A stretch of 63,590 nt of DNA, counting the filler, from Basidiobolus ranarum (taxonomy: Eukaryota), in the NCBI GenBank assembly GCA_040143965.1. It is 20 parts of 20 records of this genome, joined end to end, with 100 filler letters (N's around TTAATTAATTAA, not from the genome) between each part and the next. Parts side by side here need not be neighbours in the genome. Positions count along the whole stretch, not along the records: positions 47,816 to 50,894 come from JASJQH010009623.1; positions 50,995 to 54,071 come from JASJQH010009624.1; positions 54,172 to 57,245 come from JASJQH010009625.1; positions 57,346 to 60,418 come from JASJQH010009626.1; positions 60,519 to 63,590 come from JASJQH010009627.1; 15 more parts are not named here. One strand, given 5' to 3'. The position numbers and the translations under genes are program-made. Below the pieces are notes generated by a model, which made no database searches, had not been told where the DNA came from, and saw only the letters and a list, made by a program, of their open reading frames with translations. Numbering within the stretch: the stretch's first letter is position 1; every line of letters starts with the position of its first letter. Of the stretch, positions 50,831 through 63,590 are shown piece by piece.

Positions 50831-50894
50831 CCCTAACAAAAATAAAATCGATTTGATCCGGATCGGATCCACCCTCCAAAATAGCAAAACCGTC
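50831..50894 (-). mobile_element. CACTA right end (young copy) inserted in LTR-H
   Basis: CCCTAACAAAAATAAAATCGATTTGATCCGGATCGG. Confidence 0.82.
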
Positions 50895-50994
50895 NNNNNN
50901 NNNNNNNNNNNNNNNNNNNNNNNNNNNNNNNNNNNNNNTTAATTAATTAANNNNNNNNNNNNNNNNNNNNNNNNNNNNNNNNNNNNNNNNNNNN

Positions 50995-53900
50995 AAGGTG
51001 CAAAGCAAGATTAGTTGCAAAAGGCTATTCCCAGACTCCAGGAGTGGATTTCAATGAAACTGTTCCTCCAGTAGCTAGGTTTAGCTCCATTAGGTCAGTC
51101 CTAGCACTCCCAGCCATCTAGAACCTTGATCCACATCAAATGGATGTTAAAACAGCCTTTCTGAACTAAAATCTAGAAGAGATCTATATGCAGCAAACAG
51201 ATGGATTTGTTGTCCCAAAACATCCTGATAAGGTCTGTAAGCTGCAGAAATTGCTATATGAGCTCAAGCAAGCACCCAGGGCATGGTACAACAAGAAAGA
51301 TAACTGTTTGGAATAACTAGAATTCCAAATATGCACAGCAAATTACAATTCTAGCATCAAAACAACCAGAAATAGGATCCTGATCTTGGCACTATATGTG
51401 GATGACTCAATCATAGCCACAAAGGATCTGGAAGCACTTAATCAGATAAAAAGCAGCATATCAAATCAATTTAAGATGACTGATATGGGTGAATTCAGTT
51501 ATTTTCTTGGAATCCAAATCAAGAGAGATGAACCCAATCAGAAAATCATGCTGAATCAGTCTAGATACATCCTCAATGTCTCAAAAGCCTTCAATATGGA
51601 GAATAGCAGGCCTGTATCAACACCAATGGATCCCAATGTGAATTTAGTAAAATTTCATCTGATTGAGCCCAAAATGAGTAAAATCAAATCCAGAAGTTCC
51701 CTTATCAATCCATGCTTGGTAGTTCAATGTATCCAATGATTGGAACACATCCAGACATTGCTGTGGTGGTGGAAACTGTCAGTCAATATCTCAAAAATTC
51801 AGGATCTGAGCACAAAACTGTAGGAAAACAAATATTCAGGTATTTTAGAGGAACTGTAGATGTAGTACTGGAATACTCCATCACTCCTGATGCACAAAAT
51901 TTTGAAGACTACAGTGATACAGCCTGGGGAAGGAACCTTGATGATAGAAGATCAGCAACTGGTACACTTTTCTCTATGGTAATGGAGCCATAATTCCAAA
52001 TAGTAAAAAGCAACCAACTGTAGCACTTTTCAGTGCAAATGCAGATTACATGGCTGCCTCTGCTACTACACAAGAAGCTATGTTGTTAAGGAAGTTATTT
52101 ACAGACGTAGGATACATGCAAAAATGTTCCATTATTTTATTTGAAGATAATCAAAGTTGTCTTTCATTACCTAAAAACACTGCATTTCATGCTAGGACAA
52201 ACATAAAGATATTAGGCATCATTTTGTTAGAGAAGCAATAGAGAATGATATAATTGAACTTGTCTATTGCACTACTGAAGAAATGATAGCAGATATCTTA
52301 ACCAAGCCTTTAGCTGAAGCACAATTTGAAGTATTACAATAAGTTAGGTTTGAGAGAAATACAAAATAATTAGTTGAGTGGGAATGTTGAAATTAGGTAA
52401 ATAGCTGCTCATTATTTAGTAGTTAGTATGTTCATATTCTGATTATTTAGCACTCAATTCTGTCATTCAAAAACATGTGTTTATTGCTCTTATTGATAAA
52501 ATATCAATTAGAGCACTTTTACCAATTTTCACTATTTTCTCAAAACTTCTCCAAATCATCTCAAATTTGCACCCATGCTCCACAGGCATGTTTGTTATAT
52601 TCTAAGCACATCCAATAGTCCTATATCATAGTAAACTTTAAATAGGACATATTCAATACAACAAAACTTATTTGTCTAATTCACAAATACAAATCTTGTC
52701 CAAAACACTTTGAAATTCACTAAGCACTTTGATCTGGAAATGAGCACCAAGGTAGTTGTTAAAGGAGTGTCTACCAGCACTATTACCAATGATTTTGCAT
52801 TGATACAGAAGTTTGGTCGTGAAGACATGCACCTGTGGAAGTTCAAGATGCAAATGGTATCAGAAGACCAAGACCTTGTGGATTTGTTACAAAACAAGAA
52901 GTAAAGCCAAAAGAACCACCAGAAGCTATCCTGGCTTAAACAAGAAACATTCTATGCACTTTGTCTACAACTCATGGACTCTCAATTGAGACAGATATGC
53001 TCAGCCATAGACCTACCAACTGTTCAGGAAACACATGAGGGACTATATAAGACAGAAGGTTGGGCTAATAGGGTATATTTTTGGCCAAAATATTTCTCAA
53101 TCCAGATTATTTATGATGATTCCATACTTAATTGTATAAACTGAATAAAAACTATGGCTGATCACCCCTCATCCATTGGAGCACCTGTAAATGAAGACAA
53201 CTTAGGCATGACACTACTTGGTAGCATGCCAGATAAGTTTGGGTTCCTTGTAACTGCCCTTGAATCCAGAATGGAGCCATCAACAATGGAATTTATTGGA
53301 GCTTAACTTTTGCATGAGATATTAAGAAGATCTAATTCTAAGCTGAATAATGCAGTTCAGGCATTTTTTAGAGCTATGAAATTTCCAATAGGCTACAATA
53401 ATAGTGCCCCTAGTAGGAAATCAATCATCTGCAAGTTTTGCAACAAACCAGGCCTTTTAATCAAAGAATGCAGAAAAAATATTTTTGTACAAAGCTAAAA
53501 TTGGAACAAGCAAAACACACAGCCGCTGATAGGGATCATCTAGTTGTGTCTACTCTATTAGTAACCACTCAGGAACACTTAGAAAAATAGTACATTGATT
53601 TAGGAGCTTTCCAGCATATGTTAAATAAGAACAATTGGTGTTCCAACTGAAAACCCATCCAAGCAAGGAAAGTCTACTGAGGTGAAGACTGTGCACTAGA
53701 TGCAGTTTGTAAAGGCACATTTGTGCTCAGTTCAGACCAAAATTCAGCTACACCATCTGCAAAATTGGCTAATGTACTATATGTACCAAATATAGCCAGG
53801 AATCTACTCTCAGTAAACAAAGCAACAACTCAAAAACTAAAATTTGTGTTCAGCAAGGCTGGATGCACTATCACAGAAGAGAATAAACCAAAATAGCATT

Positions 53901-54020
53901 GAGCTCAAAACTTAAAACTCATACAAGCTAGAAATCACCAAATTGAATTTGAGCATGCAGGCTTAGCCCATGCCGGTGTAATAAGCTGTCAAATGTGGTG
54001 TAGAAGATTAGGCCACAGTA
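50995..54020 (+). mobile_element. Tandem copia: RT-RNaseH, PPT, shared LTR-D (52385-52735), PBS, gag-protease
   Basis: [15 protein letters not shown] and YSDTAWG..DDRRS, then LTR, then MHLWKFKMQM, CKFCNKPGL.IKEC and YIDLGAFQH. Confidence 0.9.
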
Positions 54021-54171
54021 AGCCTTTAAGGCTTTATTATTTTTATCAGCAGGTGCAGTAATTCATGCCATNNNNNNNNNNNNNNNNNNNNNNNNNNNNN
54101 NNNNNNNNNNNNNNNTTAATTAATTAANNNNNNNNNNNNNNNNNNNNNNNNNNNNNNNNNNNNNNNNNNNN

Positions 54172-56313
54172 AGTACTCACCATAAAGCTGATGTTTTACC
54201 AATATACTTGATGGATACCACTACCATAATCTGATAAGTCAAGGTATATGTGAGAACATGTATGATCATGCACTTGCATTGGCTGTGAATGGTTGCTCAC
54301 TAAACAAATATACTAATGGCAAGGCTTGCTGGTGATAATTTTAATCAACTTAAATCTTCCTCCTTTTGAATGGTATAAGAAACATATTATTTTGATACTA
54401 TCCTTCATATCTGGACCTAAATCACCAGTACTTATAGATAGCTTCTTGGAGCCTTTGATTGCAGAATCTGAATGGTTATCTAATGGGATTCAGATAAGTG
54501 AATATTTTATTAAAGCTAATATAATTGTTTGTATTGGTGACACCCCTCCCATCAGTGGACTTGAGGTTTCATGAGCACCTTGCACTATTTTGCTGTAGAT
54601 TTTGTCAAATCAATGGAGTTTACTCTATCAGGCATATGCCCTACTACTATCCAAATACAAAGCCAAACTCCTTGATCTTACCATCCAGAGCCTGGTCAGA
54701 TCTCAACAGGATCACTGATATCAATTCACCAAATAATCAGTCTAACATCAGACTTGATATTAGCCATAAGCCTAAGACTATATTGCCAAAGGGGATCAGA
54801 TGGAGCCAGAGCTTCCCATTAGGCACAATGCACTTAGTATTCAACAATATTCCAATACAGCTTACTCAGCTATATAGTGGAAAGTTCAATATGAATGAGC
54901 CATTTGAGCTAAAATCAAGGTTGGAATTGATAGGGAAAATGGTTGAAAATGTCATGTTACCATCATATTTTACCAGGACTCCCATCAATATCCACTCATC
55001 CAGACATTTATTCTAATGGAAATACTGGAAGTATTGGATTTGTATATATATTCAGCTGGAATCTTGAAGAGATTTCTGCCTGATAAGTATTGGCAACATT
55101 GGGAGTTGTTTGACAATATTGTTAATATGTTATTTTGGCATCAACTCACATTGGCAGATCTTAAGCAGATACAGTGACTGTGCAAAGATTTTTAATTGGA
55201 TACAAAAAACTTTATTACAGGTTAAACAAAGATAGACTGAATCTATGCTGGTTTCCAATACATTCCCTGCTGCATCTTTCTCAATGCTTAGAGATTATAG
55301 GCCCTTGCTAAACATTCTGGGAGTTCCCAATGGAGTGCACAGGCAATGAAATGATGCTGTGTGAGAAATTGTCTGTACTAGCATATGCCAATCTAATTAA
55401 CAATGTATTAGCAGAATCAGTAATGGATGTAATGCAATGGGTTAAGGAGACTCCAGATTATATTAACCATCCAACAAAGGGCTCTTTTCAATGTATTCAT
55501 GGGTTTTTGCATTGTTTGAGCACAATAACATCAACAAAGCCCAATCCTTGGATGCCAAGTTAGTACCTTTATAATTTGGGCTAATTTGTTTGTGTGCTTT
55601 CTGATAGTATTTCTAGGAAAGCTGCAAGATAGACTTCTTGGTGAGATAGATCAAGATATGCAGTGTTCCTGTTTTATCCATGGCATAATCTATTCAAGCA
55701 ATGACACATCTACTTGTGGCAGGACATTTGTTGACTGCAAGTTGCCAATATATTAGCTGAATTCTTTAAGCAAATTTGCCAAAATTCAAGAGCTTATTCT
55801 CATTCAGAATGGTAACAAGAGTCAGCTATTTGCCAAGTGTCAGTGCTATTCAAAATTTCAAAGATTTAGCAACTTATCAACTGTTAGTTTGCTACGAAAG
55901 TATATTGATGTTGTTGAGTTATGTCTGATCAGTTTGGTATGTATATATGTAGAGACTAAACACAATAAGATTCTTGTATTTTTTGATTCTCATTATGGCT
56001 GGAATAGAAAGCCTAAAGTATCTGAACAAGGGCTTGCATATTAATTCAAATACCTACAGCAGTAAACCCAGTAAGTTGCCATTCAAACTTAGATTTTTGC
56101 AAAATTTACCAGAATTAAAATATGCATGGCAAATATAATGATCAATATTTTTACATGTGTAAATACCATCAAAATACAATCCAAAAGCTGCTGTTACACC
56201 ATAAGAATCCCTGTCAGAATGCAAGTCACTAATATTGTGATGGTTCTCTGATGGTTTTGCAATTCAGAAGGGTGGATAAGATCCAAATCAAATCGATTTT
56301 ATTTTTGTTAGGG
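54172..56313 (+). mobile_element. CACTA/EnSpm (Transposase_21-like) transposase pseudogene plus right terminus
   Basis: LINLNLPP..YKK.IIL..FISGPKSP..IDSFLEPL, IGDTP, CRFCQING, FPLGTMHL, LPDKYWQHW and FWEFPME; ends TGTTAGGG. Confidence 0.9.
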
Positions 56314-57245
56314 AGATATGAACAAGTGATCTTCTGTTGTAACCACATTTCTGGTCAAGTTTTGTGTCTTTGTCATATTTGTTATCTCTATCTTTATACA
56401 CATAACTATTTCATACATCAAATTTTAGTTAGTTAAGATTCCTTAGTCAAATGTCACTTAACTGCAAATTGGAACATATATTGTTAAAGTATTAGGGAGC
56501 CTGTTGGAAGTGGTTTGGAGAATTAGAGGTATTGGTGGTTCTCACTTGTTGATTTATTGAGTAGAAAGTTGACATTTATAGTTTTGTCAAGATGTAAACA
56601 AACCAATGTGTACAATGTGTTAAGGAAGGTCCCAGGAACATGTGTACAAAGTTTGGGGCTTCTCAATGTTTGGAGGAACTTCAGAAAAGTAGAGTTGTGA
56701 ATAGTCCTGTGAGATAATAGCTTATTGTTAAGAAATGAAGCATTTATACATTTTGGTGGAAATACAGAAAACTACTACTGGGGTTATGTTCAGAACATCT
56801 GTGGGAGTAAAATGAGCTATTTTTGGGACAAGTTGGATGAGTTTGAAATTTCCCATGTGGAATTGCTAATTTACACATTATTCAAATATATCTATAATAT
56901 ATGTTCCAATTTTCAGCTAAGTGTTATTTGACCAAGTAATGTAAACTTACTTATATATGATATATAAGATAGTTAGGTGTATAAAGATAGAGATAACAAA
57001 TATGATAAAGACTATAAACTTCAATACTCCAACTTGACTAAATATTCATATATCTTAATCCTGACTTAAATCTTAATTCTTCAAATTTTGGCTTGGGTAT
57101 TGGTTTGGTAAGGATGTCAGCAATCATGTCCTCAGTTGGACAGTACTCCAGTTGGACATGCTTATTCTGAATAGCTTCCCTAACAAAGTGATGTTGAATA
57201 TCAATGTGCTTACTTCTAGCATGAAATTGGGGATTTTTAGCTAAA
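56314..57245 (-). mobile_element. Copia RNaseH end and LTR-C with an LTR-B piece
   Basis: Reverse homology to 27110-27680 and 49300-49499. Confidence 0.8.
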
Positions 57246-57345
57246 NNNNNNNNNNNNNNNNNNNNNNNNNNNNNNNNNNNNNNNNNNNNTTAATTAATTA
57301 ANNNNNNNNNNNNNNNNNNNNNNNNNNNNNNNNNNNNNNNNNNNN

Positions 57346-60300
57346 GTGCCTTGCTATCCACCGCAAGACAGAGTTGCAGAATGTGTTAATTTGACCATAG
57401 TGGAGATGGCAAGATTGTTTTTTATGAGGAACACTTAGATTACTAATATTGGGCTGAATCAGTCTCCACTGCAGTCTATATCAATAACCGATGCCCAACA
57501 GGATTGCTACAAGAATCTACTCCATTCAGAGCCCTATATGGTTCAAAACTCTGTGTGGAGCTTATCAGGATCTTGGGTTTCACTGCATATTGTTAGATTC
57601 CAGCTCAAAAGAGCTCCAAATTGGAACCCAAAAGCAGAAAGTGCAAATCTGTAGGTTACTCTTCTGAATCTAAGGCCCTCCAAATGTTGGATACCAAAAA
57701 TCAGAAGTTAGTTAAGTTCAGGGATGTGATTTTTAATAAAAAGCATATTTTTCACATTGAATCAGAGTTTTTGATCTCAAAAACAAAATTAGCTCAATTC
57801 AGCAAGTGTCTGCTGAAACTCTACCTGTACTTGAGCCCAATTCAACTGAAATTCTGGCCCTTGTAACAGCAGAGGGTGATTCAGGACCTAGAAGATCATT
57901 CAAAATGAGGAACAAGTCAGGCAACTGAAAAAAAAGGTGGATGCATTTTCTGAGCTTCAGGTCAACAAGATGTGTGCTTTAAGACCTCTACCATCAGGAA
58001 GAAAGCTAATTGGCTGCAATGGGTTTACCAAATCAAAATCCAAGCTGATGGAGCAATAGAAAAGTACAAAGCACAAATAGTTGAAAAAGCTCATTTGTAG
58101 AGAGCAGGAGTTGATTTCAGTGAGACCTTTAATTCAATAGGTCAATTAAGCTCCATTAGATCAATCCTTGCACTCTCAGCCATCCATAACCTTGATTTAC
58201 CTCAAATAAATGTAAAAGCAGCTTGTTGGATGGTCATCTTGAAGAAGAGATCTGTTTGGAGCAACCGGATGAATTTGTATAGCCAAAATACCCTGATATG
58301 GTCTGTGTGCTGCACTAATAGCTATAGTGACTCAAGCAAGCACCCAAGGCATGGTACTACAATTTAGATACCTATTTGGTGTCACTACAATTCCAAAAAG
58401 GCACAGCTGTTCACATTATATACATTAAAACAACTGGAAATAGCATCCTCTTCCTGGCATTATATGTGGATGACTTGATTATATCCACAAATGAGCTACA
58501 AGCACCCAATCAGATGAAAAGCAGCTTATCAAACTGATAGGAGATTACAAGAGTGGGTGAAATAAGTCATTTCCTTGGAATCCAAATCTAGAGAGATAAA
58601 TCAAATCAGAAAATCATGCTGAATCAGCCTAAATACACCCTAGAAGTCCTAGAAAGCTTTAGCACGCAGAGTAGCAAGCCTGTATCAAAACCAATGGAAC
58701 CCAATGTGAAATTAATCAAAATTTCATTTGATTGGTGAATTAAGTTATTTCCTTGGAGTCCAAATTAAGCAAGCTAAACCCAAACAGAAAATCATGCTGA
58801 ATCAGTCTAGACCCATCTGCAACATCCTAAAATGCTTCAACTTGGAGAATATCAAGCCTCTATGAACACCAAGGGATCCCAATGTTAAATCAATCAAAAT
58901 TTCTCCTAATTTGGCCCTAAATGACTGAAATCAAACAAGTAGTTCACTAATCAATCCATGGTGGATAGTTAAATGTGTGATATGGTTGGAACACATCTAG
59001 ACATTGCTGTGGCAGTGGGAACTGTCTGCCAATATCTCCAAAATTCAGGATCTGAGTGCAAAACTGCAGTAAAACAAATATTCGGGTAATTGAGAGGCAT
59101 TGTAGATCTAGTTTTTGAATACTTGGACACTCCTGATGCACAAAACTTTAAAGGCTACAGTGATGCAGACTGGGGAAGATAGCTTGAGGATTGAAGAGCA
59201 ATGACTGGGTACCCTTTTCTCTATGTAATGGAGCCATAACTTGGAATAGTAAGAAGCAACCAACCATAGCAAATTCCTCTACAGAAGCAGAGTATATGGC
59301 AGCGTCTGCTACTATACAAGAAGCTATGTGGTTAAGGAAGTTATGTGCAGACTTTGGATACTTGCTAAAATGTGCTTTTGCTCTATTTGAACATAATAAA
59401 ATGGTATTTCATTGGCTAAAAACCCTACATTTCATAACAAAACCAAACATATTGATATTAGGTATCACTTTGTTAGAGAAGCCCTAGAGAATGATATAAT
59501 TGAACTTGTCTTTTGCCCTAGTGAAGAAATCATTGCTGTTTTCTTTACCAAGCCTTAAGTCAAAGCTCAATTTGAATTATTAAGATATAAGTCAGGTTCC
59601 AGAGTAATACTGTTGTGTGCCAGAGAAAAGTAGATAAAACATCTTGAACTTTACTGAACCAAAGAAACAGTTAGGTGCAGAATCTTAGAGCTGTTTAAGT
59701 AGCATTTATTTGCCAAGCAAATCCAAATAATGTATATCATGGGAATAGCAGTGAATTCCTATATTACAGTAGAGAGTAGGCTTGCTAGGCAGCTAGGCTT
59801 GGTGCTCTCTAGATGCTAGTGTATACCAGGCTTGGATAAAAGTTAAATGGGAATAATGAACTTGTTGAGAAACACTGAGAAGTGTTAAGATTGTATATTT
59901 GTTGAAACACACACTACACCAAAAGATTCAGTTAGCTTTATTTATACTTTTTGATAGCAAAGTGAATTAGTCAATGCAAAGATAATAGATGACTGATTCT
60001 GATAAAAGAAAATGTGATTTGATAGATAAATAAGTGAGTCATGCATCAGCTGAAGTCTTAGCAGTGAAAAGTCATTAGTTATGAATCTTGTGACTCATAT
60101 TGACTTGTGTCTAGGCAGATGACTAAGGGGTTAATATTGGTTGGATAATGATCATGTGATTTATCATATGAGCTAATTGGAGGGATAAGAGAGTAGATAG
60201 TTAGTCACATTATACATCACATATGAGAATCACTGCATAAGATGAGGCGACTACTTAGCAATGATGATAAACTAAGCAAATATTCATCCAAGCTGTTTAG

Positions 60301-60418
60301 ATCTGTTGTAAGTTAAACAACTTTGTATGTTGGTGCATAATAAATACAAAATAATAAGTTGAGTTGGAATGTTGAAATAAGGTAAATAGCAACTTGTTAC
60401 TTGGAAGTTTGTTTATTT
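57346..60418 (+). mobile_element. Degenerate copia IN-RT-RNaseH (with ~178-bp tandem duplication 58555-58910), PPT and LTR-D start
   Basis: WAESV.TAVYI.NRCP, LALYVDDL, GYSDADWG and WNSKKQPT..SSTEAEYMA. Confidence 0.9.
59611..60342. mobile_element. Solo LTR family E (732 bp) with 5-bp TSD AATAC
   Basis: AATAC at 59606-59610 and 60343-60347; termini TGTTGTG / CATAATA (decayed CACAACA). Confidence 0.85.
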
Positions 60419-60518
60419 NNNNNNNNNNNNNNNNNNNNNNNNNNNNNNNNNNNNNNNNNNNNTTAATTAATTAANNNNNNNNNNNNNNNNNNNNNNNNNN
60501 NNNNNNNNNNNNNNNNNN

Positions 60519-61985
60519 TGATAAATGCACAAAATTTATCTCATAGCTTTCTGGTGGAATCCATTGCTACAGCTGTATATCTGAAGAATAAGAGTTTGAC
60601 TAGAAGTCTGTCTAACTCTAAACCATATCAAGTTTGGTTTGGAGTTGAACCTGATGTAAAACATTTGAGGGTCTTTGGATGCATTACTTATGTCAAAATT
60701 ATGACCAAAAATTGGTCTAATTTGATCCAAAAGTAAGAAATGCATATTTCTGGGTTATTGTACTCAAACTAAGACCTACAGACTCTATGATACCAAAATT
60801 TTCAAGTCAACAAGTCCAGTGATGTTTGGCTTAATGATAATTAAAACTTTCACCCAGAATGAGCTCAGATGATAACAAAAATCAATTTTCTCCTGATCCA
60901 ATCATTCAAACTGATTCAAACCAAAACAATGAAGAAAATGGCATTCCCGTGGACCCTTCAACCAAGATTTAGCCTGCTGAAGTGCCCAATACAATGCCAG
61001 AAGTTGTAGTACCTTTATCCCAGACCAGGAGATCAAATTGGATCAGAAATAGCCCAGATTACTATATCACTGTGTCCCAAAATTGGGCCTATGCCTGCAC
61101 AGCTCAAATACATGAACCTCAGACTGTAAAAGAGGCCCTGAATAGCCCTCACACAAAATTTTGGCAATCTGCAATGGCTGAAGAGTACTAGGCTTTGATT
61201 GATACTCAAACTTGAACTCCAACCACTTACCTGATGACTGCCAATAGATGATTAAAGTAAAATACAACTCTGATGGCAATATAGAAAGGTACAAGGCTAG
61301 ACTAGTAGCCACAGGCTGTTCCCAAATATCAGGAATAGATTTTATAGAAACTTTTACTCCTGCAGCAAAGTTTAAATCAATTAGATTGATTTTAGCAATT
61401 TCAGCTAAATACTAGTTTAGTATATATCGAATAGATGTTAAAACTACTTTTTTGAATGGTAAGCTTGCTGAGGAGATCTATATGGACCAGCCAGACAGAT
61501 TTGAGGATCAAGAAAACTCTCAAAAAGTTTGCAGACTCTGGAAAACACTCTATGGCTTAAAACAATCTCCAAGAGCATGGAAAAGCAAGATAGAAACTTT
61601 TTTGGAAACACTCAAATTCCAAAAGTGTAATGCTGACTATAGTATTTACTTCAAGCCAGATAAGACAAGCCCAATTTTATTAGCCTCATATATATATGTA
61701 TCATAACTAAAGTTAACTAAGATGTTGAATAAAGATGAATTATCCAACAAGATATATGCAAACTAACATGTAGAATATGTTAAGACAGGTCTCCAAAACA
61801 TGTGGGCAAAGTTTGGGGCTTCTAGCACAAGTTTTACAAATCTATATATCTGAGTACTTCTGAGCTGGTAAAAATATTCTGAGTAAATTCCAATTGAGGT
61901 GCTGTCTTAGTGAAATATGTACCAACTAAATAATAAGCTATATATGACTATATAGATATTTAGGCTATGCTTATTTCAATAATAA
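60519..61985 (+). mobile_element. Copia IN-RT fragment followed by LTR-H end and reversed LTR-B piece
   Basis: TAVYLKNK, HLRVFGC and TLYGLKQSPRAW. Confidence 0.88.
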
Positions 61986-63326
61986 GTGCACAATTAGTAG
62001 GTTCAAATACTGCTATAATCATTCAGCTGAAGAGCTCTAGTAAAGTGAGATTATACAGCCAAGCAAGCATAAATTTCCTATACTAAGTTGCACTATGGAT
62101 ATTTGAGACAAATCTTAATTCTTCAAGTGGGTAGATAAAAATGGTATTTGATTTTTCTTACTATATCAGTAGCTTCTGCATAGATTGATACATTGACATT
62201 GATTTTAATAGCTTTATTTTGAGCCAGCATGCGAGAACTCTGATTGTATCTCTGACTTCCTTTTAACTTCCACAAACTACACCCATCCTCAATTTTTCTG
62301 AACTAATGCATTAGTGGAATAAATCATTATTGAAAGAATATCAGGTAATACTCTCATAAGATCACGTTGAGGCTAGCAATGCTAAGAGTTTGTGATGTTC
62401 ATTCTATATCTACGCTCATTTTCCTACAATTTTTTGCCTCCAACCCAAACCTCCATATACATTGTAGAAATTAATTAGGACGGACTGCATGGTCCTGAGA
62501 TGTATAGTTACTCTATCGTCTGCCGTAGTGACTCACACAATCTGAAGATGTTTTATGATGACTTCTGGTTGTTCACTCCCATTCAAACGGGCTCAAGCAA
62601 CGGCATCAACATGCTTGTCTCTAAGCAGAGGGCATTCATTTAGACCCCCTTAAGAGTAATTAGTATCCATTCGAAATTGTTGCATGGAATTCCTAGTTAG
62701 GCAGGGTAAAGGGAGTAACCATACGCAGTATTGTATTGGTCAAGATGGAACTCCATCATGAGATATCACTCATATTTGAAGCAGCCTTATATTATGTTTA
62801 TGTATACTCTATTATGGCTGATAAACCACGCATAGTCTTCTGAACAGTGCATCTCTCCCCAAATATATCCATGGATGATAAGATATGTGGGATTAACACG
62901 TCCACATGGTGTGTAGTATTTGCTCTACCTGGAATAGAGTAGACCCACTTCAGCCCTTTGACTGCCTTATGATATATACAATCTGGCATGTTTGTTAGTT
63001 AAATGTAAACAAGTTGTTTGAAATACCTGAGGAAACATCTCATCCGCATATCACTATGCATAAGTATCATTTATTATTGAACATTGACTTTCGTTGATAG
63101 AAAAGTATGTCAACCTGATAAGACGAAATTGGATCGCTTAGCGATTTGAAGATGAGTTTAGGCAAATGTATTGTTTTGTACCGCTTCTAACAAAAGCGTG
63201 CATTCGTCAAGTATAACACTTAAATGAAGGATTTGGCCTCAATCTTTGATCTAAACACTGAAAATATATCTCTGCATCACTTAATACCCCCCTTCTTCTC
63301 TAGGAAGAGAGTTACTATTATTGCGT

Positions 63327-63590
63327 ATGAACAATCCTCTAGACAACAACGCGGTTACTCCCACTCAGAGAGACCATTTCCAACATTCGTCAGACCGTAC
63401 GCCTCCCCCAGTTCCTTCACGAGCGACAAAGCCCACTCCGCCTTTACGAATATCACGACCTTCTAATGTACCAGCATTGCCGTTACCACCCCCTATCCCT
63501 CGATTCACTCAAACCACCCAGCAGCGAACTCCTTCAATTTCAGATGCTTCTTCTAAATTTAAAACCACCATTGCTACGGCTCCGATCGCA
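63327..63590 (+). CDS. Proline-rich N-terminal region of an unknown protein (runs off the window)
   Basis: Frame absent from the track: MNNPLDNNAVTPTQRDHFQHSSDRTPPPVPSRATKPTPPLRISRPSNVPALPLPPPIPRF..., open for 88 codons; PxxPxR motif. Confidence 0.65.
   Translation, partial: MNNPLDNNAVTPTQRDHFQHSSDRTPPPVPSRATKPTPPLRISRPSNVPALPLPPPIPRFTQTTQQRTPSISDASSKFKTTIATAPIA

Noticed and set aside
62000-63000. Possible pseudogene
   Set aside because: The frames I translated are broken and show no recognisable motif.
63224-63466. 80-aa ORF
   Set aside because: Overlaps the more plausible Pro-rich frame starting at 63327.

Overview
The window is not contiguous DNA. It consists of 20 unlinked contigs of about 3.07-3.10 kb, sorted by decreasing length and joined by artificial 100-nt spacers (44 N + TTAATTAATTAA + 44 N). 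The source is an AT-rich eukaryote with short GT-AG introns and CTAAC-type branch points, most likely an early-diverging fungus (inference). Most of the sequence is decayed, nested, CpG-depleted transposons: several Ty1/copia families, Ty3/gypsy fragments (one chromovirus-like), a CCC-terminated CACTA/EnSpm element that appears to carry two divergent genes, and a RGACTTGTTCC-terminated TIR/MITE family. Host genes include an ARX1/PA2G4-like gene, an AstE/AspA-family deacylase, an MFS sugar transporter end, an SGNH hydrolase, twin 119-aa secreted 8-Cys proteins, a large protein with ~85-88-aa repeats, a Gly/Asp/Tyr/Lys-rich C-terminus and a 273-aa orphan. The most notable item is 1-1070: an ORF-free, extensively self-pairing + strand segment with a CCUAACCCUA template, an adjacent boundary helix, a long arm, a U-rich/A-rich pseudoknot-like pair and a terminal GUAUGU site. 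It is a candidate telomerase RNA, folded by eye only and unverified.
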